Below are positions 1 to 13,180 of a DNA stretch of 64,000 nucleotides, piece by piece. Numbering within the stretch: position 1 is the first letter of the stretch; every line of letters starts with the position of its first letter. This stretch comes from Harriotta raleighana (Eukaryota). Both the position numbers and the translations under genes were made by a program. Under the pieces are notes generated by a model. It was not told where the DNA came from. It saw nothing but the letters and a program-made list of their open reading frames with translations, and made no database searches. The stretch spans positions 2,092,366 to 2,156,365 of the forward strand of contig JBNZDD010013610.1 in the NCBI GenBank assembly GCA_050575255.1, read 5' to 3'.

Positions 1-628
1 TCAGATTCTGTTATTGCTTTCAATTCCATCAGTGTCTGTTGTTCTACTTCATGTACAAAATGTCATTTTCATATATTGCAATTGACTTCAAATGCATTTA
101 CTTAGTCTTGTCAGCACACTACTTTCAATGCTCCCTTGTGTGTACACTCACATCAGTCAAAAATATAAAACCCCATTGTTCAATAGCAAGAAAAAAATTA
201 CATCATATAATTGGTAGACATGTTTTGCAAGTTTTAATATGATGTATATTAATTAGGTTACAGTATACTTATACAAATTTTCGAATGATAATTGCACGTT
301 GTATTCCAGAATGACTTCAATATCAGCTGGCAATGTCCATAGAGCATCAAAATTCTTGTCCTTCCAATGTCTGTTTTGCAATGGACTTCATAGTCCATTG
401 CTCAGAGGGAATGTTAACCAGTTATTGCATTTTATTTATTTGGAGTCAGATTACAAAAAGCAAAGGCACGTAATCTAGCACACATGTTGATCAGTAATGG
501 TTTGATGTTTTAAAGCCAAGAGTATTTAAGTCAGTGCTTTTGTTCCTGTGATGTAAATCAAATGAAAGCTTTGTTTATTTATGTCAATTAGGAAAGAAGA
601 TTTATATTGTGTATCTTTATTTGTACAG

Positions 629-787
629 ATGATAAAACTTGAGCAGACAATCAAACAGCTTAAGGAAGAAAGAGCCCGACTGCAGCAACATTGCCATGAA
701 TTGGTAGAAGAAAATGAACAGCTTCATGCACAACTGGAGGCTGAGAACTTAGCTATGGAAAGTGAGCAGAATGTTATGTCAATGGAG
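629..787 (+). CDS. PMFBP1: Exon 1 in window (159 nt, phase 0-0): MIKLEQTIKQLKEE...NVMSME
   Basis: ttgtacag|ATG acceptor, GAG|gtcagt donor, heptad-rich. Confidence 0.85.
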
Positions 788-2127
788 GTCAGTCCCCTTT
801 TGTTCAATAGAGCTCCACAAAACCTCTATATGCTGTAGAATTACACATGTTAATCTGTGCATCATATCTAATTTTCAGTTAGCCGTAAACAATGTGTAAA
901 TTTATCTGAAAACGCCACATAACCGCTGGAAAATATTGTGGCGTGCAATCTGTTCATCATGTTCACAATAATGAACTAGTTAGTCCACAACATAGGAAAA
1001 TCAATGAATAATTCCCTTCAAAATATTTTAGTGTATGATCTATGTTACATGACCCATCTATGCACAATATTAGCTTTAGCTCTTTTTTCCATTCACAAAT
1101 CACAAGATTAGTTCGGATGAAGAACTTCTGAACTCTGTTTCAGAAGTCCTTGGCTTCCTGCGAAAAATTGCTCTGCATTAAAATGATTTTTTGTTACAAC
1201 TGTAAGACTGCCGGAGTCAACAAGTTGGTTGATTTTTTTACAAATTGATTTCAAAATTTCATTTTCCACATTTTTGTCATTTAGCATTAACTAGAATTGC
1301 TCATTAACTTTATACAGTATTCTACAAATGCAAAGAGATTTGAGCTGTGTTTTTTTTTGGCTTTGGCATTGAAAGTAATGACTTTGCTTACTAACTTTGT
1401 AACCTAACCTTGGTAACCTATCTTTGTGAATTGTGAAAAGTTTTTTTAGATTGGATATGAAGAATGTTTTCAAATATGATAGAGCTTGGAGCAAAGGGAC
1501 ATGGCTCAAATTGAAGACTCATTTCCAATCATATAGGAGTTCACAGAGAAATCTGATTTAATATGGAATTCCCAAAAGCAGTATGATTGTCAATTCAGAA
1601 GGAGATTCAAAAAGTCATCCATACTCCAACTGTAACAGAGGTTTCAAGGCACTAATTTTATTGTTATTCAAAAGACAAATGGAAAAGGTGCATGGTAGTA
1701 GAGACTGAGAGTGAAAGATAGGAGAGAAAAAAAAACGTTTTCAAATAAAATTCAGTTAAATCCATGTGCATATACAGCCATGTTACAAATACTATAACTT
1801 GATGGAAAATGTCAGATTGAATATAATTACCAAATCACAATTTGTCCCATATAAAGTCAGCGATTGTGTTTCTGACTGTGATACCAAATAAGAGTAAAGA
1901 TTTTGACTTAAGCAAACAAGCCATTTTCTTTCTTGTGGATTTCCGTTCAGTCATTGATTTTGTAATTTTCAAACATGCAACTTGTTTGTATTGGAAAAGC
2001 ATCAAAGGAAATGGAAAACCTTTGTTGTGATATAACACCACATCATGACAGAATCCTGGAAAAAGGTCATGTCACAATTGTTGCTAAATATATATTAAAA
2101 ATTAATGAAGCCCTTTTTTTTCTCCAG

Positions 2128-2211
2128 TTGAATATAAAAGAAAGTTTGATTCACAAGCTGAAAATGGAAAGCATTGCCCTGCAAGACAAAGCTAAGGCAG
2201 CTGAACAAAAG
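2128..2211 (+). CDS. PMFBP1: Exon 2 (84 nt, 0-0): LNIKESLIHKLKMESIALQDKAKAAEQK
   Basis: ttttttttctccag| acceptor, AAG|gtaaag donor. Confidence 0.9.
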
Positions 2212-3248
2212 GTAAAGTGTTCTGCATGATTTGCAATTCCGGGTCTACATAAATCTTTCAAAATTTGGCCCACACACAAAAAGTACATACATTTAAAACC
2301 AGAAGAAGCATATTTCTACACAATGAATTGATTTCTGTTGGGTTTCCATGAAAATACATGTAATTCCAACTTGTAAAGTAATTATAAATACAGTATTCAT
2401 TTATTGGATTAAATTGTAGACATTTTACATCTCTCCTGGGATTGAGAGAGTTGCTTTACATTTCATGCAATTCCAAGGCTATGTGTTTGAAGATGATACT
2501 GATTTTCATGTTGTCAAGTTACTCCAACTGGCCACCTTCATGTAAATCCCTGATTCCAATTATGCAGCAAGTTGTCTAGTTCACTTAGAGGGTTTATGCT
2601 ATAGAAGTGTCTCCATTCTTCACTGCTTCTTCAACTCGAGAGAGATCACAGGCTCAAGCAAAATCTTTTGGGCGTTTATTTATAATGGTACAATTTTTCA
2701 CGTAAGCATTCTTTTGAAATAAAAAACCTGATTCTTAGCAACTCATTAACACCTGTATCACCACAACTATATCAATGGTAACACAATTAAAATAACATGA
2801 CAATAAAAAACTATAGGTTCTCTGGGATTATATAAATTGAGAATCTATTTTTCTATGTAGTCAATTACAAACACCAAATCACCTTTGGAGCTCAAAACTT
2901 TTAATGATCATGTTTTTTGTTGGTACAGCATTCCTGTTTAATTTCAGTTAATGTTATGCATTGTAGAGAGTCCATTCAGAAATTGAAAATATTTACAGAT
3001 CACATGTACTACTGTATGCCTCCATCGGTTGAAAGAGCAATACTATATATTGCAGACCTGCCCTTTTTTTAAAAAAAAAGAAGCTGTAACAGAACAGTAT
3101 GTATTTTAGGCTTTATTGTTGATGCCCCTGCATTGCTAGCAGCTGAATCCATTAGGAGTACTGTGCCCTAATTTTTCAGGATATGTTTTACCATTAGAGA
3201 GCGAGAAAAAATGATGATGCCTGTTACATTCTTTTCCTTTCACAATAG

Positions 3249-3395
3249 ATTTTTCAACATGAAATGCAGATTGAACATCTAAATCAGCAGTTTAAATCAA
3301 CAGAGGCAGTGAAAGTGACCAGTGATGAGACAATCCACAGCCTAGAGAGACAGCTTCGAGAGTACAGAACACGCCATCAGGAGACGGCAGAAGAG
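3249..3395 (+). CDS. PMFBP1: Exon 3 (147 nt, 0-0): IFQHEMQIEHLNQQ...RHQETAEE
   Basis: cttttcctttcacaatag| acceptor, GAG|gtcact donor (weaker); open coiled-coil frame not listed in the ORF track. Confidence 0.85.
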
Positions 3396-3622
3396 GTCAC
3401 TGCTGTTACAAACTAAACACTTTTTTTAATCATTTAGATTCGCTTGTTATTTTCTGCTCCTAGCATTGCACTTTTAAACATCCATCCTTCAATAGAGAAA
3501 AGAGCAAATAAATAGGCCACAGCAAATATTTTTCTTTTGACAATAATGGATCCTGGGATAATGGAAAGAAATTCAATAATTAAACCAGAGTTTCAGATAC
3601 ATTTTGATTTTGATTAGATCTA

Positions 3623-3722
3623 TAATAATAATCCTTGCATTTTGATATAGCGCTTTTCATGCCTTCTAGATGTCTCAAAGCGCTTCACAGAATATATTGT
3701 AAAGTGAATTGACTGCAAATAT
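3623..3722 (-). mobile_element. 3' fragment of tRNA-head SINE with (TTA)n tail
   Basis: taataataatccttgcattttgatatagcgcttttca...cgcttcacagaatatattgtaaagtgaattgactg matches the full copy at 52431. Confidence 0.85.
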
Positions 3723-4224
3723 ATGGATGAAAGATCTACATCAATAAGCAGGAAGACTATCCTTCCCCAGATCAATACAATAATTCAATATACTCTGTAC
3801 TCCCCAATATCTTATAGATTGGATTTAAAATGACCTGGATTAAATTTATAAGAGGCAATATATTTATTGAATGGCATTCATGTTACACAAAAATTATCTC
3901 CTTTGAGTGCTGTGGGTTGGGACTGAGTGTTAATCTGATTCAAAACTTTTATTTAAAAATCTGCAAAGCGTTCATCTGAAATGCAGTCCCACATCTAATG
4001 ACTTAAATTAATCTTTATGTTAATTCTGGTATGACGCAGTACTGCAGTTGAGACTGGTAATGTTCTATATTATGCAACTCTGGAATTTGGTGATCTATTT
4101 GGTGTCCCTTTGAATATCTTCAAACCCATCCGACCAGACCTTGCACTGTGTACTTCAAAATAAAACATTATCTTGTGTTCCTCCATCAATGATAGGCTCA
4201 AAGCTGTATAGGCTCTTCTCAAAT

Positions 4225-4335
4225 GCATTTTTCTGTATTGCAGTTGATGGTTTAATCTATGACTCTTTTCCCATCAACTGGGGCTTTCCAAGGGTCTGTG
4301 TTCTATCCTCCCCTTTATCAATTACTCCCTCCACT
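4225..4335 (+). mobile_element. Highly decayed L2/CR1-type RT fragment
   Basis: Translates TGAFQGSVFYPPLY, a degenerate GVPQGSVLGPLLF motif. Confidence 0.45.
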
Positions 4336-5248
4336 AATCCAACCCAATCCATTTTTGGCTGTTAATTCCACTCTATATTCATCACCTTCCTTCATATTGC
4401 GTGCCCTCTGTGCCCTTAACCTTAACTCTTCCCGCAATGCAATGTTTCAATCACTGAATCTTGATCTTCATGCCCTTCAATGGAAAAATGAAAATATTTC
4501 TTTCAATTCTTCAGACATAGTTGCTTTGTTTCTCTTTGCAATCTATGGTTAGACTTCGCTGAAAAAAGTAATGTAAATGGAACTTGTCTCCCAAACCAAA
4601 GTGTTACTGGAGCAAAGCCAATGATGTTAAAGTAGGGAATACTACACAACATACATTTTCCTAGATTATTTTCAAATTTAGCTGTTTTATAGCATATTAA
4701 GTGCTGATTTGTACTGATTTTGCATCAGACGTTTACTCCTCTGGAGGCAACGTTTAGTGAAGAATGACTGATTTTCCTCCCACCAAACTTGAGAGGATCC
4801 TTTTTCGAGTCTCATCTCTGGTTTGTCTCTATATGGAGGGATCTGACCTTATGATACATGCTGCAGTGATTGGATTCAATGAAATGTCATTTCACTGCAA
4901 GCGTGCACCAAACTGAAGGAATTTATAAAATCAGCTGAAGAGTCAGATACACAATGTGTTCAGTTTGTCCTCATATTTTGAGCCTTGAGAACCACAAAAT
5001 AAGAAAAAAAGCAAAAAGACCTCTGATCTCTTCACAGAACTTCTCCTTTTGCTTTGCTTTATTGGGCACAATCAACAAACAAGGAATTATTGTGCGTGTA
5101 AATATTCTGATGATTAATCCATTTGCTGTTTGTGTATTTTGATTTGTTTAAATCAAAATAACTTTTGTTTGTTTTGCATCCAAATTGGTTCCCTCTATTC
5201 TTCTTAAAAGAAACTGAAGATCGTATGTTCCAAAAAAATTTATTCTAG

Positions 5249-5416
5249 GTGAATCGATGTGAAGATACAATAAGACAGTTGAATGAGGAGCTTTCATCTA
5301 TTCAGATTGTTCAGGATTCAACTAAGAGGAGCACTAAGGTGATGGAGGAAACATTCCAACAACTGACAACTGAGAGTGAGCTCCTACAAAACAAACTCAA
5401 AGAATCTCAAACACGG
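5249..5416 (+). CDS. PMFBP1: Exon 4 (168 nt, 0-0): VNRCEDTIRQLNEE...KESQTR
   Basis: tattctag| acceptor, CGG|gtaatg donor. Confidence 0.9.
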
Positions 5417-7723
5417 GTAATGCCAATTTGCTTTGTTGGTGCGTTTTACAGCAACACATTCAAAGAACAGATAAGGATATTGCATATATATGTATATTCT
5501 GTTAATCAGACTTAACTGTGCTCACAGCTTTATCTGCATTTCAACATACAAAACAGTTAGACCATTCAGTCCCTTGATCCTGTTCAACTAAATTTCCCTC
5601 TCTATTCTCCCCATCCGCTGATATCCTTACCTAACAAATATTCTAGTGACCCACATTGTGTTCTAAAAGCATTGCATTCAACTATGAAAAACTGTGTTGA
5701 AGCAGGAGTGAACAATAATTGAATTTCACAAAATTAATTTGATATTGGTGAAATGCTTCAATGCTGACTGATTACTATTCTATTCAAAACATAAGTATCA
5801 CAATTTAGTGATTTTGTTAATCAAATATTTGGATGAGCTTTTGTGTTCCGGCTTGATCAGCTTTCATTCCACACAATTATTTTATACTTCTGCAGATTTG
5901 ATTATTCACCATAATGGTGAGGTGGTGGGGTGGGGGCGGTGGAGGCGGTGGGGAGCCTGGTGGGTGATTTAAATTGACTGATAATTGAGGATGGAATATT
6001 TCGTCATTTAACTGGACATTGTTTGAATAATTAACAACTTTAATATACTTCAGAAGAATCGGATGTCACTTTATTATAGAAATATAAAAAGGTACCTGCA
6101 GAACACATGTATAAAGTTCAGACTGGTTCAGCATCTAGTAAGCCCTCTTTAGGACATCCTTCTGATGTGAAAGGTGGTATAAAAATGTAATTTATTAATG
6201 TTTATTTTCATTACTATTTGCTGACTGAACATAAAACTGTCCAAACACAACATTCTTTTGATTTCCACATCTAAAATGATTGATTTTCTGCGTAGGAATT
6301 CAAATTGCTGTTCTTTTCAGACTTAAGGTTACATTTACGTCAGTGAAACAAGCAAAGTTAGGTAGGTGACAGTAGCTTGGTGAATGATCAGAAAAACTGA
6401 TAATTCAATCATGGATAATCGAGGTTTCACTCTAGTTAATAATTATTGCAAACCACAAATTATTATTTTGCATGTTCGAGACCTTAACTCCAAAATTCAA
6501 GAAGTAATTGTGAAAAAACAAAGCGAAATTTCTTGCATCTCATCATAAACCAAATTTAAAAAAATGAAATCTACCTGAAATTTCAACTCTGCACCACAAT
6601 GTGAATACTTTGCTTTCAATTGTTTTGTCTGAGCCAAGACACTTGTAATTCAGATTGACTTGTATACTATTTCTTTGTTTTTGGAAATCAATTTCCTGTT
6701 ATCCTGAAACTCGCTCGCAGTCTGTTCCATGCAGCCTCCAGGTACTTGGGGTAATAAAATTCTGTCTGCATTCTGCACTGCGAGGTGTTTGATGTTACTT
6801 TTTGTAGAATACAGATACAGTAACAGAATAATAATGTAAAACTCTCAGTAGGGTGGCGGTGAAAGAAGTGAGGAGACTGATGATGCTTTCTGCATTGCTG
6901 ATTAGGCAGCTTTGGTTCGAGTTACAATGAGGCTTCGTATATCAGGCTTCACTTAAATAAGTGACCGAGGGAATTATAGGTCATTTTCGCCATAAAGCAA
7001 TATTCTCTTGATAATAAGCACTTTTCTTTTTCAAATCCATACCTTAAATACCAACTCTTGATGGTTAGGGTACTGTCAGTTGAAGTTTGCGATTCACTCT
7101 TATTCACAGTTGTGCAGGATCCTCAGTTATTGGTTCTTGGTGCGTATATTTCTCAATAACAACTGTTATTTAAGTGACGCCGCATATGGGGCAGTGTCAT
7201 GTGAGACATTGCCCTGCATGAATGCATAATATCAATGCAAGTTATTGTGGTTGTAATGTGTCAATTAAAAATGTGTCAATTAAAAAAGTTTTAATATTTC
7301 CTGAAATCGGAATGAATTTATGCTGCCTTTTTATTGGATGTACCCGCTCTTTTAATTCAATTGGGATTAGCAGGTTTATGAAATCAAGAGGATATATTCC
7401 TCAGTATTGTATGTGACCTAAATATTTCACATGAATCAATTATTATAATACATATGTATATGGCTGTAGAACTTCAGCCCCAGTTTCACAAAACAGTAGG
7501 TGTAGTTGCTGCAGTAAATCAGAAATGTGCTCTGCTGGGATGGAGAGAAATTTGGTTTGTAACAATACATTTCTACACCTCAGCAACATACTGCTTCCTT
7601 ACTGGCCTCATTGTAATTCAGTAAAATTGGTCCCATGGTCATCTAGAATACTACTTCAGTACAAAATACTGATCTAATTAATAGATCATTACACAGTTGT
7701 TGCTTTTTTTTTGCAATCTACTA

Positions 7724-8507
7724 CAGTAAAACCTTATTTATCCATGACTCAAATAATCGGAAAACCCGTTCAACCGCCATCTCAAAAAAAAAAAGTCCTG
7801 ATCCGACTAACCGGAAGTTATCCGGCGACGCATTGAATGTCGGGTCTAAACTCATTCCAAGTCCTTTTAAAAGTCGTGGGGTGGGGAGGAGAATGGAGGG
7901 GAGGAAATGGAGAGAGAGAGGGAGGGGGAGGGAATGGAGAGAAAGAGAGAGGGGGTAATGAGATATGAGGAAAGGGAGAGAGAGAGACAGGGGAAAGCAT
8001 AATGGAGTGAAAGAGAGAGAGAGAGAGATAGGGAAAAGCATAATGGAGTGAGAGAGAGAGAGAGAGAAATGGCAGCAGGTTGCTGCAGAGAGAGAGAGGG
8101 AGAGACAGGAAAGAGGTGGGGGCACGATGAGATTTGTGGACGGAATTTATATGATGGATTCAGACTGAATATCTTTGAGGGTCTGTGTCTGTGTGTGTGA
8201 CTGTATGTCTATATGTGTGTGTGCTAGCCGTTGGTCTAAACTCGTTGCTTTTTAAAGTCGCGTTTTTTACCTCCCATCGAATCCAGTGCTGCAATTGCGA
8301 AGTTAAGTATAAATAATAATGTACTAATAGAATATTCTGTTATTTTTTAGTCCATTATTAACATGGTATGTGTTAAAATAATTGTAATTTATTTTGAAAA
8401 AATTATATTTAATAATTTTAAAAATATATAAATCTGTTCAACCGGAAAAAACGTTTAACCGCCACTGGGCAGGTCCCGTGGGTGCCGGATAAACAAGGTT
8501 TTACTTG
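7724..8507. mobile_element. Non-autonomous TIR DNA transposon (pogo/Tigger-like) with internal GA and TG microsatellites
   Basis: TA|CAGTAAAACCTTATTTATCC at left and GGATAAACAAGGTTTTACT(T)G at right; subterminal gggcaggtccc..gggtgcc and an internal AT-rich block are shared with the element at 31537. Confidence 0.8.
7880..8125 (+). repeat. Purine-rich (GA)n compound microsatellite with repeated gggaaaagcataatggagtga units
   Basis: Seen directly; explains the low-complexity minus-strand ORFs 7721..8125 and 7818..8000. Confidence 0.9.
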
Positions 8508-9737
8508 TTTTGAATGGCATATCTCACCTGGTACTTTTTCACTGTGATAACTGAGCACTGTATAATGAAGCCATGAAACAATTAATAATAATTATCTTTA
8601 CATTTGATGTTGCACCTTTCATGTCAGGAAGACAGCTGAAACTGCTTTACAAGATTTAACATAAAGCACAGTGACTGTTTATTCTGTAGGCGAATTAGGA
8701 AGAAATCAAAATGTTAACTGCTTATGTAGAGAAAATCGCAATATTACAAATTTCTACCCAGTGCATAGCATGCAGTATATGTTGTGTGTTTGTTGTCCCT
8801 ATAATCTATTAGACATTGTATACCCTTAGGTCTGCTGTAATTATGTCACAAGGATACAGAAAACACTTCTCTGAGTGCCATTCACACTAAACTGAGATTA
8901 TACTGTTTATACTTGTTTAATTCTAGAAATACGAGACCCAAAACAGTCACAATTGGGGGTAGTAAAATTATATGCACAGAATATATGTAACAAACAGGTG
9001 AGAGTAAATTTAAATCACTAACTTAATATGGGATTTAGAGTTTATAAATCACTTGAGACTGTCAATACAGTTTGTCTCTATAGGACTTGGTATTTAATTA
9101 GGTTATAGATTTTCAATATTTATATTCACCATCTTAAAAATGTGTGCAACTTCCCTCTACCCCAAAAAAATTCATGCTGTTCCTAAGGAAGACTGCAATT
9201 TGCCAGTTTTTCTAGTAGAACGTTTTAAGCGAAAAAATATTCTCAACTCAAAGCTTCACATGATGATGATATTGCATCACACTACAAGGTATTATTTTCT
9301 GTGTTTTAATAGACTTAATATATGCTGCTATACTATCATAATGGTTCTCAATTGATGAGATCATAACTCATTTGAACATTTGATTTCCTGGGGAGAAATT
9401 GAACTGGTTCTGAACATCCTCTATTAAAAATATGGTGTGATTAAAAATCAGCTGTATATGATTAATGTCCGTAAGGCAGAAAGTAAGATTTTATCTACAT
9501 TTTTCAGCTTCCAGGTGCAACAGCAAGAGAAGTGGGATGTTTGAAGCTATAAACAGTCATTTACATTTCACTTCTATCACACATTTTCTGACCGTTTATC
9601 GCTTGCTGAATTTGGAAGTAGCTTAAAAATTGACATTAACAGTAATTATAATAGTTTAATGTTTTAGGGCTAAGATTGATCTTGACTGTGAGCATTTAAC
9701 GGCATTTAACATAAGGAAACCTTCCTGATCCCAGAAT

Positions 9738-9950
9738 ATAGAAATCATAGCATGCCATGGATGATTTGTTCATTTCAGAACTCATCTATCCTCATATCCT
9801 CCAATACTGTCCTCAAAATAGATGCATATCGAGTTCTCCTTTGAAGTTAATTGAAGGAGTATCTACTGCTTTTGTTGGTCAGACAGTGTGCTTTATATGC
9901 ACTACTCTTGTGTGGGGTGGAGAAGAGGGAGCAATTCTTCTCATCTCTGG
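9738..9950 (-). mobile_element. Old CR1-type LINE 3' end fragment
   Basis: atagaaatcatag tail remnant followed by diverged similarity to the reverse complement of the CR1 end at 28380-28588. Confidence 0.45.
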
Positions 9951-11429
9951 TCCTGCTTGAGGCTTTTTAATCAGGATGTGCTTATACTTACAGACAGAAG
10001 TGCTGGAGGTGGTGATAATAGAGTTGTAATCCCATTGGTAAATTAAGTCAGCCAACCATTCAAGAAACATTTGTAATTCCACAACAAGAAAGAGGAAGGT
10101 ATTTGGTCTATGTTGAAGTATGCTTGTTTTAAACTCCTACTCAAAAGGGACATCATTTGTCAGGCCCATCCTGACTTGCCATGAGAAGATTGTGGTGGAC
10201 TTCTCTTTATACTGCCGCAGTTCATGTGGTTGGTCTTCCACAATGGTGTTTCAGAAAGTCCCCACTTTGTCCTTATTCAAAAGAACAAAAAATTAACATG
10301 CAAAATCAAATGCAAGCATTATTTTATTGAAGGGAAAGACAGGCTTGAACCTATAATAACATACACAAAGTATCAAAATACTGTATCTACTAATGTCATT
10401 GTAAGTGAATGAATCCATGTCCTGAACGGGTGGAAGTAACTAAAGTGGAATGGAAAAGAAAATTCAAGATGAGAAGAGAAACCATCAAACCAAGAGGAAA
10501 ACACTTGGCAGAATCAGTATGCAATAGCCAAACCTTAATATCTACTCAACAAGGAAAATGCTATGTCCTCAGAGTATGAACAGGATGGTAAGTGTTTCTT
10601 TAAACAATCTCCCCACAGTACTGTGAAACCATGTTAATAACATTCACCTTAATTAGCTTGCTAATAGCAGTGTGTGAAGTCATTAATTCATATGAATAAA
10701 AGACCTGTTTCCATATACCTCAGCTGCACTTGAACTGCATAAATTATCATATGTGTTTGATGTCTGCAGAAGTCCCTCTGCATTTCCACTACTTGTTTAA
10801 TCCAAAATCATTAATAGAACAATGTTCTTCTTTTATTCACAGATGAGTCATGTTCATTGCTGAATCCATCCCTAAGGCTAAAATCCCCATCTATGTGATG
10901 TAAGAGAACCTCAAACTTTGGCAAGAGGAAGTCAAAAACAAGCACTGAAGATGTGCTACCTAGGGACAATGAACCACAGTGTGCCACTGAGTAAAAGGAA
11001 GTCTCTTAAACTGTCTTCCTCAGATCCATCTTTGTGGTATTTAAACCAGAGAATCTACAGTAGTGGATTGGTGGACATGTTGCCATGCCACACAGCTGCG
11101 AATACTGACAATACCAGAGACCGCTGAAGCCATGCTTTATAATACTGTTAACTCTATTGTAAATAAAATGGTTTTGAAGCATTAGTCATTCTATCGCTGT
11201 CTCTTAGAGAAAGTGTTGTAAAGATAGTTCTGAATCCCAAAGGTCATCACCTCATGTTTTTAATGAGAATAAGGAGCTTTGGCACACCTCGAAAACGTGG
11301 TGAGGTGCTATATCAAATGCAAGAATTATTATAAAAAAGTTCATCTTCTGAGCTTTCTCGTACCTCAGAGCACAAAATCCTACAATCATCTTTTTGTTTT
11401 GCTTCAAAAGATTGTGAATTCCAGTGATA

Positions 11430-11550
11430 TTTCTCCCACAAATATCCAGTCGATTCACTTTACAGTACTGTATATTCGGTGAAGCGCTTTGAGCCGTTGA
11501 TAAGGTGTGAAAAGCACTGTATCAAATGAAAGGATTATTATATTTATTAT
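11430..11550 (+). mobile_element. SINE 3' half (an extra tail fragment lies at about 11275-11332)
   Basis: cccacaaatatccagtcgattcactttacagta...gtgaagcgctttga...atcaaatgaaaggattatta. Confidence 0.8.
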
Positions 11551-11788
11551 GATATGACTGAGTTTTTACAGCTGTGGGTGGAGCAGGACTTCATGGTTTC
11601 AACTATCTTTTCTAATTCCTCACGCTTTCTTAAGTCATCAGTTCCATTGAAATTCTGAACCTGAAATTGTGCAGCAACAGTTATTATATATCCTCCCGAC
11701 GTGAAAGGTGCTCTATAATTGTAATGTTATTGTTCTATATCTTTAAATGCCATTCAAGCGATTAATTTTTAAAAATCGTGCTTTGCAG

Positions 11789-11968
11789 ATGATGGAAATG
11801 GAAGAACACCTGAATGCCACTGAGTTTGAATCTGACACCTTAAGATGCAAACTGCAGAATAAAGCAGAAGATTTTCAGCATCTTATGGACCAGTTCAGGG
11901 AATGTCAAGAAGCCCTGCATCAGGTGACCAACGAACTGGATGAAACAGGGAGAAATGCAAACAATGAG
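11789..11968 (+). CDS. PMFBP1: Exon 5 (180 nt, 0-0): MMEMEEHLNATEFE...RNANNE
   Basis: ctttgcag| acceptor, GAG|gtatat donor. Confidence 0.9.
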
Positions 11969-13113
11969 GTATATGACTAACTTTTGACCAGAAATGTTTT
12001 TTTAAAAATGGTTCAAAATGTTGACTGTCCACCACTTTTTGGTGAAATCATTCACTATTTTGCAGAGATGAATGTTGCTTGTCTGTATATGTAATTGATT
12101 CAGAAATGTTAATCATTTATTGTTCTTTCGCTTATCGAAATTGACCTCAGTCATGAGTGTGTAATACTGTATTATATAATACAATGTTTAAATGAAAAAA
12201 CTGCGGGAAAAAAACCTTACCCCATAAATGACTTGACCACGTCAGTGGTGTGACTTTAAAGTGAGCTTCTTCCACTGTACTATGACTCTTTATTGCTCTG
12301 CATATCTCTGTTCTGGACATTTTATTTTATATAAATCACCGCATTTTTAGGTTTGTCTTGTGCAACACGTATCTCATGTTGGATGCCGGTTTTGTTGACA
12401 AGTTTGCAATATTAATTGAGTTGTGCTGGAGTCAGCCCTGATTTTGAAACCTGGAGGAGGTAATTTTAAGAGCTGTGATTCACACACACTGCAGTAAAAA
12501 TATATAATGTGAGATTAGCACTCATCCCCCATAAGACATAAACTTTCAAGAAACTTTACTTTTAATGATATTTAGATTGCATGATCAACTATTTAATATC
12601 ATTAAAAAGGAAACACCTCATTTATGTTTCTGAACATACACCAATCTCTAAAATTGGGATTTCCTTTTTTCAGTCCTGATTGAAAATGATGTGGAGCAGA
12701 AAGTTTAAATTGGGTTTCACTCCTGGAAGTGTAATCATGGTACAGCTGTCTAGTCAGTTTCTGAGTTGCGTGAAATGTTATTCAAATGATTGAAACTTAT
12801 TAGCACCATCATCTTTAAATATTATTTTTGCTTGGAAGTATACATATACAAAAGTCCACAAAGTAACACACAAATAAAAATATATTTTTGACTACTATTT
12901 TTTTCCTTTTGTACTCTTTTTGACCTGTGATGCAACATATTGTATTTTAAACACAAGAAAACCATGTCAAGGAAACCCAATAGATAAGCCAAACAAAATA
13001 AATTATTTCCTGATTAAAAATGGCTAAGGATTAGATATTTTGTGTTATACCCATGAGAGCATAATTGGTATCTTATGTACATTTGTTTGACAAATGTAGT
13101 GATATATAAATAT

Positions 13114-13180
13114 CAGCACTTTGGGACGTCCTTCCGACGTGAAAGGTGCTATACAAGAGTAATTTTGTTGTTTGTTGTTG
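13114..13180 (+). mobile_element. L2 LINE 3' terminus only, (TTG)n tail
   Basis: cagcactttgggacgtccttccgacgtgaaaggtgctatacaagagtaattttgttg matches the end of the L2 at 14937-15002. Confidence 0.8.

Noticed and set aside
7721-8125. 134-aa Leu/Ser/Pro-rich minus-strand ORF
   Set aside because: Translation of a GA microsatellite inside a TIR element.
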